Positions 1-7,773 of a DNA stretch of 15,646 bases are shown piece after piece (position 1 is the first letter of the stretch; the number at the start of each line of letters is the position of its first letter). The stretch lies in the NCBI GenBank assembly GCA_040256005.1, contig JBDZWC010000010.1, forward strand, positions 25,763-41,408, in the 5' to 3' direction. A program made the translations under genes and the position numbers. This DNA comes from Deinococcaceae bacterium (GTDB lineage: Bacteria > Deinococcota > Deinococci > Deinococcales > Trueperaceae). The notes below the pieces were generated by a model that made no database searches, was not told the DNA's origin, and saw only the letters and a list, made by a program, of their open reading frames with translations.

Positions 1-369
1 CTGAGCGTGTGGGGCGTGCAGCAGGCCGCCGAGTCGGCGCGGCTGCGCGACGATCAGCGGATCCTCGCCTACTGGATGGGCAACCCCGAGATGCGGCTGG
101 CTGCCCTGCAGCCCACGGGCGAGGCCGCGGACATGCGGATGGGCGTGCTGTGCATGCTGCCGGACGGCAGGGCGCTGATGCTGCAGCCCACCCCGGCTGG
201 ACGAGGCAGCACCTACGTCGTGATGGGCAGAGGACCGTCAGGGACCCGCGAGCTCGCGCGCGGCCCGGAGAACATAATGCAGTTCGACATCACCGGTGTC
301 GACGTCGTGGAGCTGCGGCTCGAGGCCGGCGGCGAGGTCACCACGCTGGCTCGCGCGACCGTCGACTGA
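1..369 (+). CDS. 5'-truncated ORF, probable C-terminal (extracytoplasmic) domain of an anti-sigma factor, RskA-like
   Basis: Frame 1 is open from the window edge to TGA 367-369 with GC3-rich codons. It runs from a hydrophobic/helical segment (LSVWGVQQAAESARLRDDQRILAYWM) into a beta-rich domain (GVLCMLPDGRALMLQPTPAGRGSTYVVMG) reminiscent of RskA C-termini. The family call is pattern recognition only. Confidence 0.5.
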   Translation: MSVWGVQQAAESARLRDDQRILAYWMGNPEMRLAALQPTGEAADMRMGVLCMLPDGRALMLQPTPAGRGSTYVVMGRGPSGTRELARGPENIMQFDITGVDVVELRLEAGGEVTTLARATVD

Positions 370-397
370 CCGGGAACCCGCCCGACCTCCGGCGTAC

Positions 398-414
398 CGG
401 GGCCGAGGGCCCCG
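398..414. terminator. GC-rich hairpin between convergent genes, possible terminator
   Basis: CGGGGCC-GAG-GGCCCCG perfect 7-bp stem in the 52-nt gap between convergent stops. No U-tract on either strand. Confidence 0.3.
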
Positions 415-421
415 CGACCCC

Positions 422-1342
422 TCAGCCCTCCAGCAGCCGCTCGACGGCTTCGGACGTGGGCAGAGACGGCTGGGCGCCCAGCACCGTGGTGGCTAGCGAA
501 CCCGCCGCGCAGGCGTGGCGCACGGCCGTAGCCAGCTCGGGTTCACCGGCTGCCAAGCGCGCAGCCAGGGCACCAGCGAAGGCGTCCCCGGCCGCCGTCG
601 TGTCGACGACGCGGACAGCGAACGCCGGCTGTGTGCCCCCGTCGCCTTCCCGTGTCGCGTAGGCCGCGCCCTGCGCCCCCAGCGTGATCACGACGGCCGG
701 GACCAGCTCCGTGAGTCGTCCGGCGGCGGCTTCGGGCTCGGCCACGATGTCGTCGGCTGCGACGTTCAGGAGGACGCCGGCCTCGTGCTCGTTGACGATC
801 AGGTGGGTGACGTCCTGCAGCTCGGCGGGCGCGAGCGAGCGCGCCGGGGCCAAGTTGAGCACCACCAGCGCCCCAGAGCGCCGTGCGGCCCGGGCCGCCG
901 CCAGCGAGACCGCCACCGGCACCTCCAGTTGAAGCATCAACACAGCGGTCCCGAGACCCACCGCGTCCAGGTCGGCCACCGCGAGCTCCGCGTTCGCTCC
1001 CGGCGACACGACGATCGCGTTCTGGCCGCTGTCGTCAACCTGGATGAAGGCGACGCCCGTGCGCGCGCCACTCGTTCGCACGCCGGCGACGTCGACGCCG
1101 GCTCGCGTGAGGGAGGACAGCAGCGCCCGGCCATGCGGGTCGTCTCCCACCCTGCCCACCATGCGTACCTGCGCTCCCAGGCGCGCGGCCGCCACCGCCT
1201 GGTTGGCCCCTTTCCCGCCCGGGAGCTCGTCGTGACCGCGGCCCAGCACGGTCTCGCCCGGCCGCGGGTGCCGCTCGACCCGCACCACCAGGTCCATGTT
1301 CAGGCTGCCCACGACGGTGACCAGCCCCGGCCGAGCAGGCAT
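422..1342 (-). CDS. rbsK: Ribokinase (PfkB family carbohydrate kinase)
   Basis: Motifs VVGSLNMDL, PGGKGANQAVAAARLG, NEHEA and DTTAAGDAF (anion hole). ATG at 1342 lies 2 nt after the GNAT stop. Confidence 0.9.
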   Translation of the reverse strand: MPARPGLVTVVGSLNMDLVVRVERHPRPGETVLGRGHDELPGGKGANQAVAAARLGAQVRMVGRVGDDPHGRALLSSLTRAGVDVAGVRTSGARTGVAFIQVDDSGQNAIVVSPGANAELAVADLDAVGLGTAVLMLQLEVPVAVSLAAARAARRSGALVVLNLAPARSLAPAELQDVTHLIVNEHEAGVLLNVAADDIVAEPEAAAGRLTELVPAVVITLGAQGAAYATREGDGGTQPAFAVRVVDTTAAGDAFAGALAARLAAGEPELATAVRHACAAGSLATTVLGAQPSLPTSEAVERLLEG

Positions 1343-1344
1343 GC

Positions 1345-2031
1345 TCAGGGCCGCTCCCGGTCGGGGTTGAACCACACGATGAGGCTGGCCGCGTCTTTCG
1401 TCACGGGGTCGGTCATGTAGCCCTCGATGACGCCGAGCGCCTCGAACCCGTTGGCCAGCTGGAAGCTGAGGGTGGGGTCATGCAGTTCGCCGGCGGCGAC
1501 CTGTCTGACGTACTCGGACACGCTCAGCTCGGCGGCGTGAGCGGCGTAGCCCGGCAGCGCCCCGCCCGCGACGATGCCGCGCAGGCCCAGCCGGCGGCAC
1601 AGCGCCTGCCTGGCCAGGTAGAGCGCGGTACCGATGCCCTTGCCACGGTAGTCGGGGTGCACGCTCATGTCGGCGCCGTAGTACCAGTCCCCCGCCGGGT
1701 CGTGGTGCGCGTAGGTGCCGCCTGCGATAGCCTCGAGGAACGAGTGGTCCGGCCGCTGCAGGTCGAACGTCGTGAGGAACCCGGAGCCCAGCCCGACCAC
1801 GGCCTCCTCACCCAACGGCGCCCCGTCGGGCGAGCGATCGGTGACGGCGACGAACTCCCCCTGCGGGAACACGCGCTGGTGTGCGAGGAAGTGCTCCTCC
1901 ATCATGCGCTCGGCCTCGCTGAGATACGGGAAGCACACGACCTGCAGTCGCTCCAGAGCGGCCGCATGCTCCGGACGGGCCGGCACGACGCGGGCGTGCG
2001 GCCAGGGCCGGCGGCCCCCCTCAGCGGTCAT
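1345..2031 (-). CDS. GNAT family N-acetyltransferase (YhcX/YkwB N-terminal-like type)
   Basis: Acetyl-CoA motif A (VHPDYRGKGIG), plus FPQGEFVA, IVAGGALPGY and DPTLSFQLANGF typical of the YhcX-like GNAT group. ATG 2031 overlaps the upstream TGA (ATGA). Confidence 0.85.
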   Translation of the reverse strand: MTAEGGRRPWPHARVVPARPEHAAALERLQVVCFPYLSEAERMMEEHFLAHQRVFPQGEFVAVTDRSPDGAPLGEEAVVGLGSGFLTTFDLQRPDHSFLEAIAGGTYAHHDPAGDWYYGADMSVHPDYRGKGIGTALYLARQALCRRLGLRGIVAGGALPGYAAHAAELSVSEYVRQVAAGELHDPTLSFQLANGFEALGVIEGYMTDPVTKDAASLIVWFNPDRERP

Positions 2032-3122
2032 GTGGTCAGCGCACCGAGTTCGTACCTCCGGTACGGAGCCTCGCTGGGTCGTCCCGTCACGGCCCACAAC
2101 TCGCGGGTGCGCGGCCGCATGACGACGGCGCCGCAGGTGCCGACGTGGCTGGGCGGGACGCCCACGCGGCACACGGCGTCGGGGTCGGCGGTGATCGCCT
2201 GCAGGTAGGCGACGTCCATGTCCTCTCGAGCGGCCAGCTCCCGGGCCCGCGCGAGGCGTCCTTCGGACTCCGCCTGCGACATCGCCTCGCGCGGTCTCTC
2301 CACGCGCTTCGTGTCGGCGCTCAGGCAGTGGTTCGTGTGGACCAGGACCTCATCGACCAGAGGTTGGGAGGAGAGAGCGTCCGGCATGGCCTCCACGTTG
2401 GCGCCGTCGCCCGTGGCGTCCAGGACCAGGTAGTTGTGTCCGCCGGCCAACGGGGCCGACCCCAGGACCTCCAGCGCCGCCGCCGCGCTCTCCTGCTCGA
2501 GCATCGCCCTGACGACGAACGGCCAAGTGACCCCGACGCGGCCGCCCGCCGCGGTGAGGTTGTTGATCCCGACGCACACGCCTGCCTCGTTCATGCCGAT
2601 CATGCCGAGGCACCCGGCCGTCGTCATGACCATGAAAGCCGGCTTCCCGGTCGGCCGCCCCTCGAGGAGCAGGAGGTGGTCCGCGGACCCCTCGTGCATG
2701 TCCCAGGTCTGGGCGAGGGCCGGAGCGCCGTCCGACATGCGGGAACCGGGCACCAAGAGCGCCGTGCAGTCGTCCTCGTCCCCGGTGGCGTGGCGGGGGC
2801 TACCGGCCAGCGCCGCCACCACGTCGACGAAGTCCGTGAAGCCGCCCGCGACGATCAGCTCCGCCGGGGTGACCCCGGCGCCGGCGGCCACGCCGCGCAG
2901 CTCCTCGGTCAGGGAGGGATAGCGCTCCTCGTGGACCGCCAGGCAGGCCTCGGCCAAGGACAGCACCTCGGCGCGGGTCGCCTCACGGCCCGACCAGGAA
3001 GCCGAGGCCGCCAAGGCGATGCGCTCCTCGGCGTACGCCCGCACCGAGCCGGCTGCGGCTCGACCGTGGGCCAGGCCCATCGCGTAGGGGCTGCCGCTGA
3101 CTGTGACGAGAGATCCGCGCAC
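2028..3122 (-). CDS. C45 family autoproteolytic acyltransferase/hydrolase (Ntn-hydrolase, isopenicillin-N acyltransferase-like)
   Basis: N-terminal G-x-P-Y-x-M-G-x-x-H-G, EELRGVAAGAG, putative nucleophile DD-C119-TA (codon 2768-2766), and QTWD, GMNEAG and HTNH motifs. GTG start. Confidence 0.85.
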   Translation of the reverse strand: MRGSLVTVSGSPYAMGLAHGRAAAGSVRAYAEERIALAASASWSGREATRAEVLSLAEACLAVHEERYPSLTEELRGVAAGAGVTPAELIVAGGFTDFVDVVAALAGSPRHATGDEDDCTALLVPGSRMSDGAPALAQTWDMHEGSADHLLLLEGRPTGKPAFMVMTTAGCLGMIGMNEAGVCVGINNLTAAGGRVGVTWPFVVRAMLEQESAAAALEVLGSAPLAGGHNYLVLDATGDGANVEAMPDALSSQPLVDEVLVHTNHCLSADTKRVERPREAMSQAESEGRLARARELAAREDMDVAYLQAITADPDAVCRVGVPPSHVGTCGAVVMRPRTRELWAVTGRPSEAPYRRYELGALTT

Positions 3123-3132
3123 GGTAGTGCCG

Positions 3133-3138
3133 ATGATA
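3133..3138 (-). promoter_or_regulatory. Putative -10 element TATCAT for the C45-GNAT-rbsK unit
   Basis: TATCAT 10 nt upstream of GTG 3122 in an otherwise GC-rich 59-nt gap. No SD present. Confidence 0.5.
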
Positions 3139-3181
3139 GGCCGGTCGCGCTGGGCGGCGTGAGCCAGACGACGCGCCTCGG

Positions 3182-4342
3182 CTACCGGAGCACCGAGCCG
3201 TGATCGGTGCGCCAGGCCAGGGTCACCATCTGGCCGATCCTGTGCATGCCTTCGTAGCCGTGGTGCTGGTTCTGCACCCGCGCCACGATGGTCCGGCCCG
3301 AGCCCACCTCGACCTCGTAGCGGGCGTCGGTGCCCAGGTAGTGCGCGGCCGCCACGACGCCGGTGAGGCGCGACTCGCCCGCTGCGGGCGGCGGCGCCTC
3401 CGCGCCACCGGGCTCTACGCTCAGCTTCTCGGGCCTCACCGCCAACGCCACGGGCCCGTCTGTCAGCTCGGGGTCGCGCAGGGTGCCGCGCAGGGAGGTG
3501 CCGTCCGGCAGCCTCACGACGCCGAGCGCTCCCTCGACTCCCACCAGCTCGCCGTCCAGGAAGTTCGTCTCGCCTATGAAGTCGGCTACGAAGCGGCTGG
3601 TGGGGCGCTCGTAGACGTCCTCAGGGCGTCCCACCTGCAGGACCTTGCCCTCGTTCATGACGGCGATCCGGTCCGCCATCGTGAGGGCCTCCTCCTGGTC
3701 ATGCGTCACGTAGACGAAGGTGATGCCCACCTGCTGCTGCAGGGTCTTGAGCTCGAACTGCATGGCCTTGCGGAGCTTCAGGTCGAGGGCCCCGAGCGGC
3801 TCGTCGAGAAGCAGCACCGCCGGCCTGTTCACGAGGGCCCGGGCCACGGCCACACGTTGCTTCTGGCCGCCGGAGAGCGCGCCGGGCTTCCGCTCGGCGA
3901 CGTGCGGCAGGCGCACCAGGGTGAGCGCCTCCTCGGCCTTGCGCTTCGCCTCCTTGGTCGGCGTGTTGGCCATGCGCAACCCGAACATGACGTTCTGCAT
4001 GACCGTCATGTGCGGGAAGAGCGCGAAGTCCTGGAAGACAGTGTTCACCGGCCGATGGAACGCCGGCACCCCGCGCATGTCGCGGCCCCTCAGCAGGACC
4101 TCGCCGCTGTCGGGCTGCTCGAAACCGGCGATCATCCGGAGCGTGGTGGTCTTGCCGCAGCCCGACGGGCCGAGGAGGGCGAAGAACTCCCCTTCGGCGA
4201 TGTCCAGCTCCACCTGGTCGACGGCGAGCACGCGGCCGGCGGTGCGCCTCTCGCCGAACTCCTTCGACAGCGAGCGCAGCCTCACCGCCGGCACGCCGGG
4301 CTGGGCGGCGGGGGTGCGGGCGACTGTCACGGCGTCGGTCAC
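3182..4342 (-). CDS. potA: Spermidine/putrescine-type ABC transporter ATP-binding protein (PotA-like)
   Basis: Walker A GPSGCGKT, signature LSGGQ, Walker B LLLDEP, H-loop VTHDQEEA, RPVNTVFQ and a C-terminal TOBE-like region. SD AGGGAGG upstream of GTG. Confidence 0.9.
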   Translation of the reverse strand: MTDAVTVARTPAAQPGVPAVRLRSLSKEFGERRTAGRVLAVDQVELDIAEGEFFALLGPSGCGKTTTLRMIAGFEQPDSGEVLLRGRDMRGVPAFHRPVNTVFQDFALFPHMTVMQNVMFGLRMANTPTKEAKRKAEEALTLVRLPHVAERKPGALSGGQKQRVAVARALVNRPAVLLLDEPLGALDLKLRKAMQFELKTLQQQVGITFVYVTHDQEEALTMADRIAVMNEGKVLQVGRPEDVYERPTSRFVADFIGETNFLDGELVGVEGALGVVRLPDGTSLRGTLRDPELTDGPVALAVRPEKLSVEPGGAEAPPPAAGESRLTGVVAAAHYLGTDARYEVEVGSGRTIVARVQNQHHGYEGMHRIGQMVTLAWRTDHGSVLR

Positions 4343-4361
4343 GCCACGGCCCTCCCTGACG

Positions 4362-5438
4362 TCAGCGCCCGACGAAGATGCGGATCTCGTCCCAGGCCTC
4401 GTTGAGCAACGCCTCGCGCTCCTCGTCCTGGACGGCGAAGAACAGCCGCTCCTGGGTCTCCGCGCTGGGGTAGATGCCGGGGTCCTCGGCCAGCTCCTCG
4501 TCGATGAGGCCCATCTCGAGGGCCGCTCGGTTGGGCGTGCCGTAGGCCGTGTAGTTGGAGATGTCGGCGCCTACCTGCGGGTCCAGGATGTAGTCGATGA
4601 AGGCCTCGGCCAGCGCCTTGTTGGGCGCACCGCCGGGGATCGCGAGGCTGTCCACCCAGAAGTTCGCACCCTCCGCGGGGATGACGTAGGCGTAGGTGTC
4701 GCACTCGCACTCGTCCATCACCTGGAAGATGTCGCCCGAGTACTCGATGACCATGTCGACCTCGCCGCGGGCCAGCATCTCCTGGCCGTCGTCGCCGGCG
4801 ATGTAGACGACGTTCTGACCGTTGTCGATGAGGAACTGCTTGGCCTCTTCGAGCTCAGCCGGGTCGGAGCTGTTGGGGTCGTGGCCGGTGAGGATCAGGG
4901 CCACGCCGAGCATCTGCGTGGTGTCCGCCAGCCATGCCACGGGGCCGTCGTGCGCGAACAGGTCGCTCCAGCTGGTCACCTCGTCCACGCGCTCGGTGTT
5001 GTAGCCGATGCCCGTGGTGCCCCACTGGTACGGCACCGTGTAGGCGTTGCCGGGGTCGAAGGGCAGGTCGAGGAACGTGTCGTCCACGTTGGCGAGGTTG
5101 GGGATGTTGGCGTGGTCGAGCTCCTCGAGCAGCCCCTCGGAGATCATCAACGTGGCGACGACGTCGGATGGCACCACGACGTCGAAGCCGGGGTTGCCCT
5201 GCCGCAGCCTGACGAGCATGTCGTCGTCGGTGGGGTAGGTGTCGTAGATCACCCGCACGTCGCACAGCTCCTCGAAGTTGGCGATCGTGTCTTCCGCGAT
5301 GTAGGTGCTCCAGTTGTAGACAGACAGCGTCTGACCGGCGAAGCCCTCCGGGCACGTCCAGCCAGCCTGCGCGAGCGCCGTGCCGGAGAGGAACGCGAGG
5401 ACGGCGGCGGTCAAGAGCAACGTGGTTCTACGCAACAT
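4362..5438 (-). CDS. potD: Spermidine/putrescine-type ABC transporter substrate-binding protein (PotD/PotF-like)
   Basis: Sec-type signal peptide (MLRR-hydrophobic-ALA|Q), and motifs VYNWSTYI, FDPGNAYTVPYQWGTTGIGYN, YSGD and IPAEGANFWVDSLAIP. SD GAGGTG at 5448-5443. Confidence 0.88.
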   Translation of the reverse strand: MLRRTTLLLTAAVLAFLSGTALAQAGWTCPEGFAGQTLSVYNWSTYIAEDTIANFEELCDVRVIYDTYPTDDDMLVRLRQGNPGFDVVVPSDVVATLMISEGLLEELDHANIPNLANVDDTFLDLPFDPGNAYTVPYQWGTTGIGYNTERVDEVTSWSDLFAHDGPVAWLADTTQMLGVALILTGHDPNSSDPAELEEAKQFLIDNGQNVVYIAGDDGQEMLARGEVDMVIEYSGDIFQVMDECECDTYAYVIPAEGANFWVDSLAIPGGAPNKALAEAFIDYILDPQVGADISNYTAYGTPNRAALEMGLIDEELAEDPGIYPSAETQERLFFAVQDEEREALLNEAWDEIRIFVGR

Positions 5439-5508
5439 CGGTCACCTCAAAATGTCGAGACGTATGTCGGGGCGCCTTCCCAGGCGTTCCCGCTGTGAGC
5501 GTTCAGGG

Positions 5509-5517
5509 AGGATAGCA
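5509..5517 (-). promoter_or_regulatory. Putative extended -10 promoter (TGc-TATCCT) for potD-potA
   Basis: The minus strand reads TGCTATCCT about 70 nt upstream of the potD ATG, followed by a leader carrying an SD. Confidence 0.5.
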
Positions 5518-5569
5518 CCGCGTGGTCGCGCCGGCCGGAGCCGAGCGGCGTAGCGAGTTCACGCCGCGT

Positions 5570-6439
5570 TCACCTGCGCGTCGCCTTGATGAGCCTGTCG
5601 AGCATGGGGTCGCTGAGCACCCGCCTGAGCACGTTGACGATGTGCGCGTCCGCACCCACGAAGTAGCGGGTGCGTGGCCGGCGCTCGGTCAGCGCCCGGT
5701 ACACCGCCCTGGCCACGGCGGCAGGGGGCGTGCCCTTGACCTCGACCTCCCTGGCGCCATCGAGGACCTCGTCCATGAGGCCCTGGTAGTAGCCGATCGC
5801 CTCGGGCGGCATACGTGCGATGCGCTCGTTGGCGTCGGCCAGCGACTTGGACCAGATGGGCGTCGCGATGCGACCCGGCTCCACCAGCGAGACCGGGATC
5901 CTCCAGGCCGAGAGCTCGCGCCTGAGGGCATCCGACACGGCCTCGAGAGCGAACTTGGACGCCGCGTACGCGCCCAGCAGGCGAGAGGACACCAGGCCGG
6001 AGATCGCGCCCACCATGACGATGCGGCCCTGGGAGCGCCTGATCAGCGGCATGAACGACTGGATGGTCGCGACCGCGCCGACGACGTTGACCTCCAGCTG
6101 CTGCCTGAGGTCCTCGAGGGGTACGAACTCCAGCGGCGCCGCTACGGCGATGCCCGCGTTGCTGACCACCCCGGCCAGCCGGCCGGCCTCGGCCTCCACG
6201 GTCCGAGTGACCGTCGCGAGCTGCTCCTGGTCGGTGACGTCGAGCCTCACGGGCCGCAGCTGGCCAGGGCCGGCGCCCGCTTCCGCCTGCAGCGCCCCTT
6301 CGTCCTCGGCGGTGCGGACACCCGCGAAGACCACGAACCCACGCTGCGCCAGCTCCAGGGCTATGGCCTTGCCGATGCCACTGGAAGCCCCCGTGACGAC
6401 AACCGCGCTCGCGTCCGGGCGCTTCTCGTTCGCCTGCAC
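5570..6439 (-). CDS. Short-chain dehydrogenase/reductase (classical SDR)
   Basis: TGASSGIG Rossmann motif, NAG, and YAASK catalytic motif. Start is GTG 6439 (6 nt after TAATAT) or GTG 6442. Confidence 0.9.
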   Translation of the reverse strand: MQANEKRPDASAVVVTGASSGIGKAIALELAQRGFVVFAGVRTAEDEGALQAEAGAGPGQLRPVRLDVTDQEQLATVTRTVEAEAGRLAGVVSNAGIAVAAPLEFVPLEDLRQQLEVNVVGAVATIQSFMPLIRRSQGRIVMVGAISGLVSSRLLGAYAASKFALEAVSDALRRELSAWRIPVSLVEPGRIATPIWSKSLADANERIARMPPEAIGYYQGLMDEVLDGAREVEVKGTPPAAVARAVYRALTERRPRTRYFVGADAHIVNVLRRVLSDPMLDRLIKATRR

Positions 6440-6445
6440 CACGAC

Positions 6446-6451
6446 ATATTA
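6446..6451 (-). promoter_or_regulatory. Putative -10 element TAATAT (built on the thioesterase stop codon) for a leaderless SDR transcript
   Basis: The minus strand reads TAA-TAT-gtcgtg-GTG, i.e. TANNNT 6 nt before a start codon, with no SD. Confidence 0.5.
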
Positions 6452-6892
6452 CTCGCTGGGGGAACGTCGGGCGCCCCCCAGCAGGGCGCGACGAAAGTCG
6501 TCAGGCACGCGCATCGGGCGCTGCGTGGCGTAGTCGAAGCACACGACGACGGCCTTGAACCGCGCCGCCGTTTCCCCGTTCGCGCTCAGCGTCTGCGCCA
6601 GCTCGAAGCTCGTGTTGCCCACCTTGACGACGCGCGTCGTGACCGCGCACTCATCCTCCAGATGGACCTGTCGCAGGAAGTCGATGGACAGGTGGGCGAG
6701 GATCAGGCCCTTGTCAGTCATGCCCAGCTCGCGTAGGAACGCCAGGCGGCCCAGCTCCGCGAAGGTCGCGTACACGGCGTTGTTGACGTGACCCAGGCGG
6801 TCGGTGTCGGAGAAGCGCAGCTGCACCGGGTAGGGCGGAGACACCGCGCCGGACGCCTCGGCCGGCGGCACGGGTCCGTCCTCGAGGCTCAC
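6449..6892 (-). CDS. Acyl-CoA thioesterase, 4HBT/YbgC-FadM hotdog family
   Basis: LRFSDTDRLGHVNNAVY motif, VGNTSF and VVVCFDY. GTG 6892 overlaps the mutM TGA (GTGA). Confidence 0.88.
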   Translation of the reverse strand: MSLEDGPVPPAEASGAVSPPYPVQLRFSDTDRLGHVNNAVYATFAELGRLAFLRELGMTDKGLILAHLSIDFLRQVHLEDECAVTTRVVKVGNTSFELAQTLSANGETAARFKAVVVCFDYATQRPMRVPDDFRRALLGGARRSPSE

Positions 6893-7773
6893 GTCCGAGG
6901 CCTCACCGGACGCTCGGAGCCGCGCCGCGCCGCCGGCCCCGCCCGGCGCCGGGGCGACCGCTGGCAGTGGGGACAGTGGACCGTGCCTCTCTGGCCGACG
7001 ACGGTCCTGACCATCTCCGTGCCGCAGCGGGGGCACGGTTGACCGCCCTTGCCGTACACGGCCAGGCGCTCGTAGAAGCCGCCGGCCTCACCGTCCACCC
7101 TGCGGTAATCCTTTATCGTCGTGCCGTTGGCGGCGATGCTCTCGGACAGCACGGCCCTGATGGCGGCCAGCAGCTCGGCCGCCTTCGCTCGCGAGACGTC
7201 GCGGGCAGAGGTCAGCGGGTGGATGCGTGCGCGCCACAGCGCCTCGTCGGCGTAGATGTTGCCGACGCCAGCGATGGGCCGCTGGCTGAGCAGGTAGGTC
7301 TTGACGGCCGTCCGGGACCGGCCCAGCCGCGCGGCGAAGTCCGCGGCGGAGAACGAATCGTCGAACGGCTCCGGACCCAGCGCCGCCAGCGTCGGCAGCG
7401 AGCCGTACTCTCCGGCCGGCACCACGAGGAAGCGCCCGAACCGCCTGGCGTCGCGGAAGTAGAGCGTCTCGGGCCCCTTCCCTGCCAGGTGCACCCTCAC
7501 GCGGACGTGCTGGGCGGCGGGGCCGGTCGGTTCCTCGGCCGAGATCGAGCCCGTCATCCCCAGGTGGATCACCAGCTCGTCGCCAGCCGACAGAGGCGCC
7601 AGTATGAACTTGCCGCGCCGGCCCACGCTCAGCACGCTCTGACCGGCCGCCCGCTCCAGCGAGGCGTACTTGGGGCCCGCCGGCGCCAGCAGCTCGACGC
7701 GCTTCAGCACGCGACCCGCCAGCCAGGGCTCGAGCTCCCGCCTCACCGTCTCCACCTCAGGCAGTTCTGGGAT
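6889..7773 (-). CDS. mutM: Formamidopyrimidine-DNA glycosylase / AP lyase (Fpg), apparent ATC start
   Basis: PELPEVETV, RRGKF, HLGMTG, H2TH region IAGVGNIYADEALW, and zinc finger CPRC...CPHC. The codon before the catalytic Pro is ATC (7773-7771), preceded by GAAGGGAAG. Confidence 0.93.
   Translation of the reverse strand: MPELPEVETVRRELEPWLAGRVLKRVELLAPAGPKYASLERAAGQSVLSVGRRGKFILAPLSAGDELVIHLGMTGSISAEEPTGPAAQHVRVRVHLAGKGPETLYFRDARRFGRFLVVPAGEYGSLPTLAALGPEPFDDSFSAADFAARLGRSRTAVKTYLLSQRPIAGVGNIYADEALWRARIHPLTSARDVSRAKAAELLAAIRAVLSESIAANGTTIKDYRRVDGEAGGFYERLAVYGKGGQPCPRCGTEMVRTVVGQRGTVHCPHCQRSPRRRAGPAARRGSERPVRPRT

Noticed and set aside
9..662. 217-aa Arg-rich + strand ORF
   Set aside because: Alternative frame of the first gene running antisense into rbsK, with low-complexity R/A/G composition.
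2028..3122. Penicillin biosynthesis role for the C45 enzyme
   Set aside because: No ACV synthetase or IPNS nearby. C45 homologs are widespread in non-producers.
3720..5498. 592-aa + strand ORF and other long antisense ORFs (e.g. 515-1420, 2145-3203, 3200-4405, 5522-6736, 7991-9046, 10940-12346, 14111-15451)
   Set aside because: Shadow frames of well-supported genes on the opposite strand, expected with very high GC3. They have no recognisable motifs.
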